From positions 97,774,001 through 97,838,000 of the forward strand of contig OX597819.1 in the NCBI GenBank assembly GCA_951406725.2: 64,000 nt of DNA, given 5' to 3'. This document shows positions 27,146 to 41,570 of the stretch, piece after piece. The translations under genes and the position numbers were made by a program. Position 1 is the first letter of the stretch. Each line of letters starts with the position of its first letter. This stretch comes from Octopus vulgaris. Lineage: Eukaryota. The notes beneath the pieces are model-generated. The model did not search any database. It was given only the letters and a program-made list of their open reading frames with translations, and was not told where the DNA came from.

Positions 27146-27804
27146 CATACATACATATATATACTCACACATACATACATAAACAGACGCACGTTCACAT
27201 ACAGATACTTAGAGGAAAGTAAAAAAAAGCCTAAGGTAAAAGAGATTAGAATATATAAAATAGAGTACAAATAATGTATAAACAGTATGTCGGATTAAAT
27301 TACTTCCGAGCATATGTTTCGGCTGTCTACATACTGGGTTCGAATAACACGGAGACCAACTTGGTGTTTCCTTCTTTCGGGAGACAGTAAATCTCAGGTG
27401 GGAATTGACAGAAATTTTTAAAGCGACGGATGCGACGCCTGTGGGTCTTGAGTTCAAATCCATATCTGACCCACCATTACAGCGAAGTAACTCCTTCTAG
27501 GGGCTCTAAGGTACTGAACTCAATCGACTTTACATCCTGGTGTTTGTATTTTGTTAAAGTACTGAAATACACAGCGCTCTCTCTTTCTCTCTTTCTCTCT
27601 CTGTCTCTCCTTCTCTGTCTCTCTATCTCTCCCTCTCTGTCTCTCTATCCCATTCTCTCTCTCTTTCTCTCTTTCTCTCCTCCTCTCCCTCACTCTCGTC
27701 ATACGGGCACTACTCTAAACACAAGCGCTAGAATATTCACTTAAATAAAAAAAGTAGCTTGAATATCGATCATAATTGTATAGGATTAACGTTGTTGTTG
27801 TTGT

Positions 27805-27853
<49 letters not shown>

Positions 27854-28448
27854 AAAAAGGAGGTGAAAGAGTGGGTGCTGAAGGAAAAATAGGAAGAATA
27901 GAAGAAAGTGAAGAGAAGGACCGAGATGTGATAGTGTTTCGAAAATAAGGGTTTAAAATTATGGTACAAGACCAGCAGTTTTTGGAGGGGATTACACTGA
28001 CACCAGGGCTCAACTGGAAGTTTTTTTTTATCGATCCAAATAAGATGAAAAGCGAAGTCAACCTTGAATAATAAAAAAAAAAGGGCAGGAGGAAGAAATA
28101 AATACTGCTAACATTTTGCGTGCCATGCTAACGATTATGCCAACTTGTCAAGGGAGATAATAAGAATTAACTTTTCATCGAGAGTTATACACCTTTAGTT
28201 ATATCGCGTTTTCCTGCTAGTAGTAATTCCACTCACATTTTTTGGATGGCTTATAGGAAGATAACTAACTTTTTAACGTCTATTTTTTTACGTTGGGCTG
28301 CGTCCATACTGGGGCACCGCCTTGGTGGGTTTAATCAACCTCAGTACTTATTTTTTTAAAGCCTGGTACTTATTCTGTCGTTATCTTTTGCTGACTACCT
28401 AAATGTCGTTAGACAAGCAAATATCGCGTGTAAAGCGATTGTGGAAGA

Positions 28449-28486
<38 letters not shown>

Positions 28487-28543
28487 GACACACACGCGCA
28501 CGCACGCACACACATTCATACATACACACACTCACGCACACAC

Positions 28544-28608
<65 letters not shown>

Positions 28609-29004
28609 AATTCCATAAAACCGAGGAAAGGTTCAAGGAAAAGAATACCTCAACTCCATGTCCCATTTTATTCAGTAAGCTCTTAGGCCAGAGAAATGAC
28701 CTAACAAGTGTAACTCGAAATATATGCTCCATTTGCCCTTCCTCCCACTCAGGCGCTCGAAGACTGTAGTTGCCCTGTCTGTCTTTCTGAGAAGCAGCAT
28801 ATATTGCAATACCGCTGTATCCCTCCTTCCCTCTCTTCCTCCTTCTCTTCCTCCCTCTCTCCTTCCCTCCATCCATCCATACGTACACACACATATACAT
28901 ACATACATACGTACATACACACATACATACATACATACATACATACATACATACATACATACATACATACATACATACATACATACATACACACATGCAT
29001 GCAG

Positions 29005-29249
29005 GACGTAACGGCAGACGAAATACCTATTTCTTTACTACCCACAAGAGAGGACAAACAAGGACAGACAAACGGATTAAGTCGATTATATCGACTCCAG
29101 TGCGTAACTGGTACTTATTTAATCGACCACGAAAGGATGAAAGGCAAGGTCGACCTTGGCGGAATTTGAACTCAGAACGTAGCGGCAGACGAAATGCCGC
29201 TAAGCATTTCGGCCGGCGCGCTAACGATTCTGCCAGTTCGTCGCCTTAA
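29005..29249 (-). mobile_element. Meta-domain SINE, full length, with terminal redundancy
   Basis: Minus: aaggcgacgaactggcagaatcgttagc...gagttcaaattcc...gcctttcatcctttc...gtagtaaagaaataggtatttcgtctgccgttacg. Confidence 0.85.
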
Positions 29250-29464
29250 AGTCTACTAACAATGAATTTCCGTTGAAGGCCAATCGCTCCTTGTCTCTTA
29301 TCGGTAAGAGTTCCAACTAAGCAAAAATTGTATTCGGTCCACCACATCAGTTATGACAGACTGCACTTAACTATGTTTGCCTTTATGTATCTACATACAC
29401 ACATATAGATACATACATACATACATACATACATACATACATACATACATACATACATACATGC

Positions 29465-29860
29465 ATGATGATGGCTGCCCCATCGTTATCGAGTATGGCC
29501 ACTGCACGAAGCTTAACTATATTTGGTGCTGTGATCGAATGTGACTTTTATTTGCTTTTTAAGGCTACAGCCAGCCATTCAGTTGAGACTCACAGCCCCA
29601 TCAACAATCATGAACAATGTTGTTATCGTGCAATGCCTGTGCAAGAAGATTTTTTAAAAGTGAGGAAAGGCTGTGCAATGAGTCAATCCCACTCACTAAG
29701 CAACAGCAGCCATAATCCGAAAAGAAGAACAAGTCAACATCATCGGTAACCACTGAGCCGCAGGTTTTATGTCGGAGTTATCCCAGTTACCTGAGTTACC
29801 TTCTCCTAGAAGGATGCCCTAACAAAGGCTAGAAGTCCTTCACTCCCAATGGTTTAACCG
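29465..29860 (-). mobile_element. RTE-derived non-autonomous element (related to the 47.0 and 51.3 kb units)
   Basis: Shares caatgcctgtgc...ttttaa..gtgaggaaagg...caa.cccactc.ctaa.caac...aaaagaagaac with 47244-47341 and 51567-51665; ends in a microsatellite. Confidence 0.5.
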
Positions 29861-30491
29861 TGCGATCGGGTATTCAGTCCGATTATTTCTATGTCCCCGC
29901 GCATGATACAGCCTTTGACGGGTCTTGTTTTTCATCCTGCAGGGTATCCAATAAACACCCTCTTCACCAATCAAGCTTGGTGGGGTTGCAGGTTGTACTG
30001 GGTTACATGTTACCAGTAGCACTCGAAAGTGACCTGACATACATACATACATACATACATACATACATACATACATACATACATACACACATACATACTC
30101 ACACTACATACATACATACATACATACATACATGTAGCGCAAGGCACATTGTTTGTTACTTTATTGTAAGAAAAAATATGCCTTGAATATTCTTGGGTCA
30201 CTCTTAACCCTATCTCCTCTCTTACTCTATATTTTTCTCCACTCTTTCTCCCTCTGTCTTCCTTTCTTTTTCGTTCTCTCTCCCTCTCTCCCTTTCTCCC
30301 ACTTTCCCTCTTACTCTATCTTTTCCCACCCTTAATCTTACTCTATTTATCCATTCTTACCCTCTCTTTCTGCCCTCGCTTGTCTCCCTTGCACCTTCCC
30401 CTCCCCCCTCTCTCTCTCGATCTTAGTCTGCTCCTTCGTTCTCTCTCCCCTCTTCTCTTTTATTTTCTCACTCTTTCTACCTCTGCTCCTC

Positions 30492-30544
<53 letters not shown>

Positions 30545-31115
30545 GCCCCCTCTTTCCTTCTCTCAACACCTCTTCCATACCGGTGCCCGATAAAAGCGGT
30601 GTCGTGCTTTTCCACCATACTTTTGACCAGACTGGTCACGCTGGCCTCGGCTCCTGCTGCGTCCGTTCTCTCCTCCAGGAATTACTCTGTTTCCTCTTTG
30701 CGTAACCCCACTCAGTTCATTCGACAGCTGCAAAGCTCTTACTGTTGCCTTTGTGGTATATGTATAATAATTTTTTATTCGTTTCTATTTAGCTGTAATG
30801 CTTCATGCCGTTATATATGCATAGTTCGTTGTCTGTTGTATTTATATAATGTCTTGTTTGTTTTTGTCTTACCAGACATTCGCTAGCGTTTTCCCAGTAA
30901 CTTAATAAAAGCGCTGGCGCCTGCAAAACTGAGCAGCATCAAAGGTAATTGGCGTGAAACTACTATGATATTTTGCGTTTTTGACTGGAGAAAAAAACTC
31001 AGCTGAGAATTTTCGTGTATCGTAGCCTTGTCTAATTTCCTGTCCGTTTAGTTTTCGTCTACTCTGCTTTCGTCTAAACTTTTCTCCTTGTTGTATTCAT
31101 TATCTTCAACCCTTA

Positions 31116-31183
<68 letters not shown>

Positions 31184-31321
31184 GTATATACAAATATATG
31201 CGTGTATGTATATACATGTGTGTATGTGTGTGTGTGTAGATAAATAAATACATACATGCATACATACATACGTACATACATATATAAGTATATGTACGTG
31301 AGTGTTGCGTGTGTGTGTGTG

Positions 31322-31364
<43 letters not shown>

Positions 31365-31441
31365 TCTTATCATCCACCAACACTTGACAAGCATGCTTCT
31401 TTACAGTTCGATAAAAGAAACCGATAGAAAAAGAACCAGGC

Positions 31442-31791
31442 TGGATCTTTTCTCTTCGGCTGCCAATTTTCAATCTCTTCAATTCCAGTTCGAATTGATT
31501 TCATATTCGGTGTATCGATATGGTTTTATAAGCTAATAACTTCTTTGAAATTCGTTTTCGCAACAAATCAAGAAATAAAGGGTTATTAGCTTTTAATGTT
31601 TGTTTATTTTGGGTAATTTTAGTCAATTGTAAGCCACAGACGCATTCATGCCTGCTTCCATAGTAACAAACCAAACATGAGAACTCTTTTGCCTGCAGCA
31701 GCGAGGAATATATTCTATACACATGCGTTGACAAATATATTTCAATAAACTTTGGATTTTTTAAATTTGGCAGCCAAAATGAAAAGATCCA
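31442..31791. mobile_element. MITE (~350 bp); a second right-TIR-like end lies at 32415-32442
   Basis: tggatcttttctcttcggctgccaatttt / aaatttggcagccaaaatgaaaagatcca. Confidence 0.65.
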
Positions 31792-31868
31792 ATGTTACAG
31801 TTAAATGTTCGCGTGTTTGTTTCAGTGTAGTCACGCACAAAATGACAGCTTCCAATTCCTGTTTTCTG

Positions 31869-32268
31869 ACTCTTTACTTGTTTCAGTTATTTGACTGCGG
31901 CCATGCTGGAGCACCGCCTTTAGTCGAGTAACTCGACCCCGGGACTTATTCTTTTTGTAAGCCCAGTACTTATTCTATCGGTCTCTTTTTGCCGAACCGC
32001 TAAGTGACAGGGACGTAAACACACCAGCATCGGTTGTCAAGCAATGCTAGGGGAACAAACACAGACACACAAAAACACACACATACATATATATATACAT
32101 ATATACGACAGGCTTCTTTCAGTTTCCGTCTACCAAATCCACTCACAAGGCATTGGTCGGCCCGGGGCTATAGCAGAAGACACTTGCCCAAGATGCCACG
32201 CAGTGGGACTGAACCCGGAACCATGTGGTTGGTTAGCAAGCTACTTACCACACAGCCACTCCTGCGCC
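31869..32268 (-). mobile_element. CORE-like SINE family A, full length, young
   Basis: Near-identical reverse complement of 25567-25950 and 48041-48454. Confidence 0.9.
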
Positions 32269-32529
32269 TGACTGGGTGAAAATTTTCAAATTTTAAACCT
32301 CTATAACTTTTTTTTTTTAATTTCTGGAAAAAGTAAAATACCTCCTGAGATTCAGCTTGGAAAACTACATTAATGTACCAAATTTAAAAAAATTCACTGA
32401 AGTTTGAATTTTCGAAAATTGGCAGCCACACTGAAGGATCCCAGGCTTCATAAAAAAAAAGCACAGGGCCGATTTGTTAGACTAAAAATGCCAAGGCGGT
32501 GCCCCAACATATACATACAGTTGAAATTT

Positions 32530-32700
32530 ATAGGAAAACAAATGACGAAGACAGGTGTATGAACAACAAGCAAATGAATTAGTTTGACGCTCGATAAAAT
32601 GAAAAAGTATTTTATGTTTCGAGCCTACGCTCTTCAGCAGAAAGGAATGTGAAAAAATAAACAGAGAGAATGAAAAAACTTATAGATTTCAGCGGTTCAG
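32530..32700 (-). mobile_element. Penelope-like terminal fragment with hammerhead motif; same family at 62440-62630(+)
   Basis: Minus 32609-32643 UUU-CUGCUGA-A-GAGC guag GCUC-GAAACAUA-AAA; plus 62496-62529 UUU-CUGUCGA-A-GAGC guag GCUC-GAAACGUA-AAA. Confidence 0.65.
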
Positions 32701-32887
32701 TATTTTATATATATATAAATTCATTCTTCATTCGTTTATTACTGTTCTTATTCTAACTCATGTCCGTTGTCCGGAAAACTTTCGTCACACATCTGTAACA
32801 CTTTCCGATACTTTCCGTCTTCGTGTGTGCTCTTACTCTGCTTATTCCATTCTGTTCTTCTATGACGTGTATCCTTATATGAGCATG

Positions 32888-32957
<70 letters not shown>

Positions 32958-33253
32958 ATTGCTTTTAGTAGCTCTATGACTCTCCCCTCAGCCCCGTCCC
33001 TTAGCCCGTTGCTGCTGCTGCTGCTGCTGTTCTTGAACCCAACCTTTTGTATCGTTTCTGTAACTCACTGTGTTTGTGTGTTCGCTCAGGCTGCAGCCAT
33101 CGCGGTAGTTGTCGTTGTTGTTGTCGTTGCTGCCATTGTTGTTAGTCGTGTTGTTGATATTGTTGCGGCCGTCTGTGAAGATATCGTATGTGTGTATATA
33201 TGGGTTCGCTTCCTATATTGTTTGCATCCGTGTCCTTTATACAGTTTTTTTTA

Positions 33254-33550
33254 TTCTTTTACTTGTTTCAGTCATTTGACTGCGGCCATGCTGGAGCACT
33301 GCCTTTAGTCGAGCAACTCGACCCCGGGACTTACTCTTTTGTAAGCCAAGTACTTATTCTATCGGTCTATTTTGCCGAACCGCTAAGTAACGGGGACATA
33401 AGCACACCAGCATCGGTTGTCAAGCAATGCTAGGGGACAAACACAGACACACAAATACACACTCGCATACATATATATACATATATACGACGGGCTTCTT
33501 TCAGTTTCCGTCTACCAAATCCACTCACAAGGCTTTGGTCGGCCCGAGGC
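33254..33550 (-). mobile_element. CORE-like SINE family A, 5'-truncated
   Basis: Same tail and middle as 31869-32268. Confidence 0.85.
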
Positions 33551-34125
33551 TTAATTTTTTTAATATTTATCATAGGTATGTTCATATATGTTTATTGTAT
33601 GTGTATAAAGCTGTTTGTATTTGTTTTTTTTTTGTTTGTTTCTCTTCTGTCTTTAGTAGTCATGTTGTGTGGTGGGGTGGTGGGTGTTATTGTTCCATTC
33701 ATGTTTTCTGTTGAGGCTCGGTCTGTCTAATGTTATGTATGTAGCTTCTGTAATCTAAGCGTCGTCTCAGTTCTATGCGTTGATAATACTTTGACCTCTA
33801 TGCTATTGACTGAGTCTCTATGTTCTGCTTTAGCATGTTAGTAGAGCACTGACGAATCTTTCTCTTTTTTGAGCTTTCACCAGTGTTCACCTATACACTC
33901 TCCTATGCTGTGTACTGTCTCTTCAATGTAAGTAGTTGTCATGCATGCACCGTCCCTCAGTACATCGTAAGCTATGCACTATTTCCTGACCTTACAGTTA
34001 ACCTGTGGGTTCATTCTACATACAATTCTTTCAGTTTGGTTGGCCCTAGGTGTCACGTTGTGGGACTGAACCAGGAACCATGTGGTTGAGAAGCATCTCA
34101 CCACACAGCCAAACCTGCGCCTATG

Positions 34126-34210
<85 letters not shown>

Positions 34211-34228
34211 ATATATATATATGCATAT

Positions 34229-34265
<37 letters not shown>

Positions 34266-34312
34266 ACATATATGTATATTATATATATATGTATATAATA
34301 TGTATGTATATA

Positions 34313-34372
<60 letters not shown>

Positions 34373-34944
34373 GGGAGGTAGGTAGGTATTATGTATGTAT
34401 GCATACATGCATGTATGTATGTATGTATGTATGTATGTATGTATGTATGTATGTATGCATGTATGTATGTATGTATGTATGTATGTATGTATGTATGTAT
34501 GTATGTATGTGTGAGTGAATGAATGTATATATATGTTCTGGTATATATGTATGCATGAATTGATAGATGATTGATGCAGACATGGCCTATTGGTTAACAC
34601 GTTTGTTTCACAATTATAAGGTTCCGGTTTCCACCCCACTGCATGGGAATTTGAGCATATGACTAATAACAAGGAGTTTTATGTTGTAGGTGAAGTTTGG
34701 TGGGCAGAAACAGTGAAGGCATGTCAGATGGACAGTGTTATTCAAAGGTATAGTCCTGCCTTACTATGTGTCATACTGATGGTACCTGGAGATCATATTA
34801 AAAGTACACGTATCTGAGGAATACTTCAAGATTATCAATCTACAGATGACTTGCAGCCAGTGGACAGACAGATTGATCGATCGATAGGGAAATAAGATGA
34901 GAGATTCCCACACACACACACACATCTGTGTGTGTACATGTGTG

Positions 34945-34988
<44 letters not shown>

Positions 34989-35175
34989 AAATGAGAAAAT
35001 GGAGAAATATATCTAAATCATTCATCAACTATCAGATAATACCGAATCCTATACTTTATTAAAACACTACCCAAGAGCATTAAGCTTAGACATTAATACA
35101 GCACAACAATTACAATCAATATAATGAGATATAACTAAATAAATATAACAAGATATAAAAATACATATACATTAT

Positions 35176-35289
35176 AACTGACAGCTGTTTCGGCCATGCA
35201 GATAAGTATGTCTCATTTAACCTATTAGCCACATATTGCAGGTATAAATGAGACATTAACAAAAATATCTTACGGCCTCTTCAGAGATT
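35176..35289 (-). ncRNA. Hammerhead-ribozyme motif with long stem II
   Basis: CUGAAGA-GGCC...AUGUCUCAUUUA...UAAAUGAGACAU...GGCC-GAAA-CAGCUG-UC; canonical core, G10.1-C11.1 pair, GUC site, palindromic stem III; stem I imperfect. Confidence 0.75.
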
Positions 35290-35975
35290 CTAATGTAAGT
35301 ATGAGTACATACCCAAAAATCATTTACATATAAAAATATAAATATGAGAGCATATATACTCATATCCTTATATATATACACATATACATATACATAATAA
35401 TATAAATAATATAAATCAATATATATCAATAAACATAATAATGTTCTATATTGAATGTTACAGTTCCTCAACTAATATTAAGAAATTACAACAGATATAT
35501 TCATACTTAATGCAGACATATATAGTAAACAGCTCATTATATTAATTTGTGTTACTTTACAAAAAGTCAATAATGTTAATACCAATACCGTTATCAATAA
35601 CAATAATGTTATCAATATCAATATTCTTACTACTAACAACATCATTATTAATAAAACAATACATAATCACACAATTAACAATATAGTAGCAACACTGAAG
35701 ACCAATAAATACCACCATAGTATTATTCAAGGCAAATAGATATCTGCATATATATGCAATCAGTCAAATTCTTCTGTTTGCATGGTATTAATTTCCACAG
35801 ATGCATTCGATTGGCCTATACTTTTAAATTTGAATTACAATAGATATTTTACGGTTAGTTAGCTAAGAAACATACACACGCGCACGCACATCCACAAACA
35901 TGCGCTCATACAGACATAGTCACATGTTTACACACACACACACATACACACACATGTATATCAATATGTATATTT

Positions 35976-36224
35976 GTGGAGGCGCGTGGTTTAGTGGTTA
36001 GGGTGTCAGCATCATGATCGTAAGATTGTGGTTTCGATTCCTGGACCAGGCGGCGCGTTGTGTTCTTGAGCAAAATACTTCATTTCACGTTGCTCCAGTC
36101 CACTCAGCTAGCAAAAATGAGTAACGCTGCGATGGACTGGCGTCCCATCCAGCTGGGGAACACATACGCCATGGAAGCCGGGAAACCGGGCTCATGGGCC
36201 TGGCTAGGCTTTAAAAGGCCGCAT
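35976..36224 (+). mobile_element. Chimeric tRNA SINE: family-B head and CORE plus family-C V-like tail
   Basis: Head and core match 11790-11918(-); tail gagtaacgctgcgatggactggcgtcccatccagctggggaac...ggctttaaaagg matches 20222-20328. Confidence 0.75.
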
Positions 36225-36304
36225 GTATATATATATGGCGTGCGTGAATCCTCTAAGAGACTAAGTCAGGGAAAAGATGTACTCGTATATCTGTCAAGAG
36301 TGGG

Positions 36305-36438
36305 TATATTCATCCGAAAAGTATAGTATTAAATATCTATCACGGTTAATCTTACCTAACGCTCCATTGTATTCTTCAGGCGAAACCGAACGGTAAGATC
36401 AGCCGTGATGGATATTTAATACTTTTCGGATAAATATA
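36305..36438. repeat. Fold-back repeat, ~50-bp arms, ~35-nt loop
   Basis: tatattcatccgaaaagta(tagta)ttaaatatctatcacggttaatcttacc / ggtaagatcagccgtgatggatatttaatacttttcggataaatata. Confidence 0.75.
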
Positions 36439-36479
36439 TATATGTATACGTATGTATGAATGTATATACACACATACAC

Positions 36480-36541
<62 letters not shown>

Positions 36542-36744
36542 TAAAAGACAAAGATCTTAATACCCATAAGGATGTTTGTGCGCATGTGCTCTCGTACACA
36601 AACAAACATGTAGAGCATACATTTACATAGGGATGCATATGTATGTGTGTGTATACATGTATATCAAAGAATGTGTTCTCTTCGTGGTAATGACGATTTG
36701 ACGTCTATGTTTAGCATATAGGGTGCTGCTATTCTTCTTAATTT

Positions 36745-36811
<67 letters not shown>

Positions 36812-36908
36812 GCATATACATGTATATATATATACAAGCACATACACTCACACATATATATGTATGTATATATTATATGTATATATATACACATATACAT
36901 TTTATATA

Positions 36909-36957
<49 letters not shown>

Positions 36958-37216
36958 TATAATATATATACACACACACACATATATATATATACACATA
37001 TATATATTGTGTGGTGGGTAGGTGAATTTGCACATACAGAATAAATCACATGAGGATAAATGGTCTATCTAATATTTGTAAATTGAATTATAATAAAAAT
37101 ATGCATGCGCGCACATGCGTATGTGTCTGTGCATGTGTGTGTGAGTGCATGTGAGTGTGAATATCTATGTCTCTATCTATGTATCTATCTTCTCTCTATC
37201 TATGTCTCTATCTATG

Positions 37217-37352
<136 letters not shown>

Positions 37353-37353
37353 A

Positions 37354-37420
<67 letters not shown>

Positions 37421-38105
37421 CTTCATTATAGGTTCAACGTGACAGCAAGTCACCTACAAAACGGTAAATTTTGTGAAACAATTCATAGCACTGGCTGGCG
37501 CCCCTGTTTCCTTTCTTTTGCTAGCAATGTCTATACGGTTTCGGAGCCAGTTCTCTCCAGCAACAGAAGCTTTGGTCTGCGTGAAGTAAGACAAAGTGGC
37601 GCGAGACTATGTTATTCTGCGTGAGGTAAGACAAGCGGCGCGAAGCTCTGTGTACGGTGTCTGTGAGAGGCTGCGGTGCTGGCTTCATGCTACACTAAAT
37701 CAGTCTAGTCTGTTCTTTCCCTCTGTTGTTTGTTTTCATCTAAAAAAAAGTTACTGATTATGTTGATATGACTTTATTAAACTAGGGCTCCTCCTGGCAG
37801 ACACGCGCGCGAGTGCGCGTGAACACATGTATGCACGCACACACGCACATACATACACACTTCTAGCAGACGACAGGCGTACACTACACGCACGAATACA
37901 ACTATAACAGCCAAACCATAGATATTCATACATGCATACATACATACACGCATGCATGCATACATACATACATACATACATACACACACGCGCGCACACA
38001 TATGCACATATATATGTGTATATATATTCATATGTATATATGTGTGTATTTCCATATGTATATATTATGTATTTACGTATTTATATATATTTGTATATTC
38101 ATAAT

Positions 38106-38140
<35 letters not shown>

Positions 38141-38157
38141 ACACACTCACACACACA

Positions 38158-38290
<133 letters not shown>

Positions 38291-38550
38291 CAGGATCTCT
38301 GAGTGGCCTGCTGATTTGGAGATATCATGAAACCTCCGAAAATCCTGCAAATTACGAAAACTAACATTCGGTTGGCCAAATCAGAATTAACTCTGTACCA
38401 CGTGATAATATTTGTATCAGAAAGCCGTTGTCAAACACAAGCATGTACACACTACATGCACATAACTCTATATACATACATCCAGAAATGTACATATATA
38501 ACTATATATATATGTACATATATAACTATATATATATATACATATATAGT

Positions 38551-38620
<70 letters not shown>

Positions 38621-38652
38621 CACATATATATATACACATATATATATACATA

Positions 38653-38690
<38 letters not shown>

Positions 38691-38823
38691 CATATATGCG
38701 CATACATATATATCTGTATCTCTCTATATATGTATATGTATATGCAGGCATACACACACATATTATATATCTATATATATCTATCTATATAAATATATAT
38801 ACATATGTATGTATGTATGTATG

Positions 38824-38873
<50 letters not shown>

Positions 38874-39368
38874 CAACAATACATGTATACGTACATATAC
38901 GCATACGCACACATACATATATACATATATAACCAAATATAAAATCAAAGCAAAATCGGTGGCGCCTAAACTACAGTTGCGTGATTATTAGTTTCCATGT
39001 CTATAACTTTGATGAAGCACCCATATATATATATAGCCGAGGTGGTTGTAGTGGTGGTGGTGGTGGTGATGTTGGTAAGGGGAGTGATGGTGCTGGTGGT
39101 TGTTACCGTTGGGATAGTCATAGTGGTTCTAGTGATTGTATTCTTCCAATACACTAGTTCCTGAAGCTTAAATAGGTGTATAGTAAATAATTAGTATATA
39201 TATATATAAAATTAGCAGAGCTATATATAGCCGCAGGCGTGGCTGTGTTGCAAGAAGCTTGCTTCCCAACTACATGGTTCCACGTTTAGTCCCATTGTGT
39301 GGCATTTTAGGCAAGTGTCTTCTACTATAGCCTCGTGAATGTATTTGGTTGACAGAAAGAATCCCACC

Positions 39369-39416
<48 letters not shown>

Positions 39417-39449
39417 CAATTTCTTTCTTTTGTTATCTTACCGTTTTAT

Positions 39450-39530
<81 letters not shown>

Positions 39531-39534
39531 TAGA

Positions 39535-39570
<36 letters not shown>

Positions 39571-41570
39571 TATACATGTATATATACATATATATACATA
39601 CATGCGACGGGGACGTAAGCACACCAAGATCAGTTGTCAAGAGAATACAGACACAAATATATATATGTTTGTGTGTCTGTGTTCCTTTGACAATCGATTT
39701 TGTTGTGTTTACGCCCCCTTAACCTAGCGGCTCGGCAAACGCCCCGATAAAATAAGCTGTTTTACCTGCAAGTGAAACCTCTTGCAATAAGTATTTGAAG
39801 AAATGTACAAAAATTGTGACCAACTTCTTCTTTCTTATTAGTACATACGCGTATATCTAGAACTACAAGATCCAATATGTTTCTCTATTTTTTGTGACAG
39901 ATATGACTTGGGATAGAAATGACTGCCATTTCTCTCGGTTCAAGTGATATTGTACTGTGTACGGCCAAGGGTTCCAAATCTGAGGGAATCACACGAAAAT
40001 GAGAGCTGGCAAATCAGGGGACCCAAAAATGCGATTTTATTATAATCGCTCTTCAGAATAAAAACATCGATTAACCATTGAAAATAAATGTGTTTCTATT
40101 AAACACTCCAAAAATGTTATAATTCTACACATGAAAAGGCATGGGGAACCTTTATCGAGAAGCGGGGCTGCACGAGACAAGGCTATTTAAGAAAACTGAA
40201 GGTAAGTTTTTATTCGGTATATTATTCAGAAATTGCCGCGGACCGCGAGTTGCCTATGACTGCTTTTGAGATTATGACCAACAGTTGTGGCCTCATTCCA
40301 TTTGCAACAATATAACTAGAATCAGTTCTTTTTTGTTGATGAATAAAATATTTTGCCATCACCTGAGTTCTCACAGGCAGACCGGCAGATCGCAATCAGC
40401 AAAGAAGTTCCATATTTAAGTAAAGTCATGAATGAAAAGCAGGAACAAAGAAGCCACTGATTTATATGTTCAAAATTGAGGTCGATTTCGCTATTTGCAG
40501 TTAACAATGTTTCTTTTTCCATTGTTCAGTTTACATCTATATTTCATACTGAATCAAAAATTGGTTGTTTAGTTAATTTTTTTCACTGATAGTTAAGCAT
40601 GTGGTTCAATTGAAAATAATTACTTACATGAAAAATGACTTCACGTTGTAAAAATTTATCAAACACTTCCTTAGCATGTAAGTCATTGAAAATGTGGGGA
40701 ATCCAATTATACAATTCAAAACTAATAAAACGAAGTGTTAACTGTTACACACACAGTTTGTTTTAAGCATAAACATACGGAGTGTCTTAACCACACACAC
40801 ACAGACACACACACACAAACACACATAAACACACACATTGTTGAAACATTGGTTGTCACTTAGAGATTGTCTAAACTCTCTCATACACACACACGCACAC
40901 ACACTCACACACGCACATACGCGTGTTGCAACAAACAGGAGTGTTGAATCATACACATGTTGTTAAAATACACGGGTTATTAGACACGAAGATTGACAGT
41001 AGGGCACAATTGAACAATATTATAAACTTCTCACGATCAACAAAACAACAGCAATGCTAAACTCTTACTCTCTCTCTCTCTCTCTCACACCCACACCCAC
41101 ACCCACACGCTTACACGCACGCACGCACACACACACATGCACACATACACTCATACATACATGGGGTTTGTTACACACAATCAGGGTATGTTGTCTATAG
41201 AATACACACATAGGGCTTGCTAAAGAGATAAACTGTTCATAACAATATCACAAACAATATTCACACATCAATAACATGTAATCAGAAATTAAATATATTT
41301 CACATAATTCTTTTGAATAATGTTAGACAACGTGTGAACTGGAAATTCTTCCTGTCCACTGACAGATTAAAAACGATAATCCATATATTAAAGCAGAAGA
41401 ATAGAACATTATATGAGAATCTGTGACACTCATGCCTTTCGGAATTAGGAATGGAAATTATAAGTGCCTCTATGTGGTTGCTTGATCTACTAGAAACCGA
41501 GGCCAAATTCTCTTAACTCATAGCCTAGCGCCTTCGCAAAGGAAGGATAGCTTGAACAATATCCAGGGCG

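Noticed and set aside
39960-40263. hAT-type MITE
   Set aside because: The right end resembles a hAT TIR (cagtcataggcaactcgcggtccgcgg), but no matching left TIR or 8-bp TSD was found.
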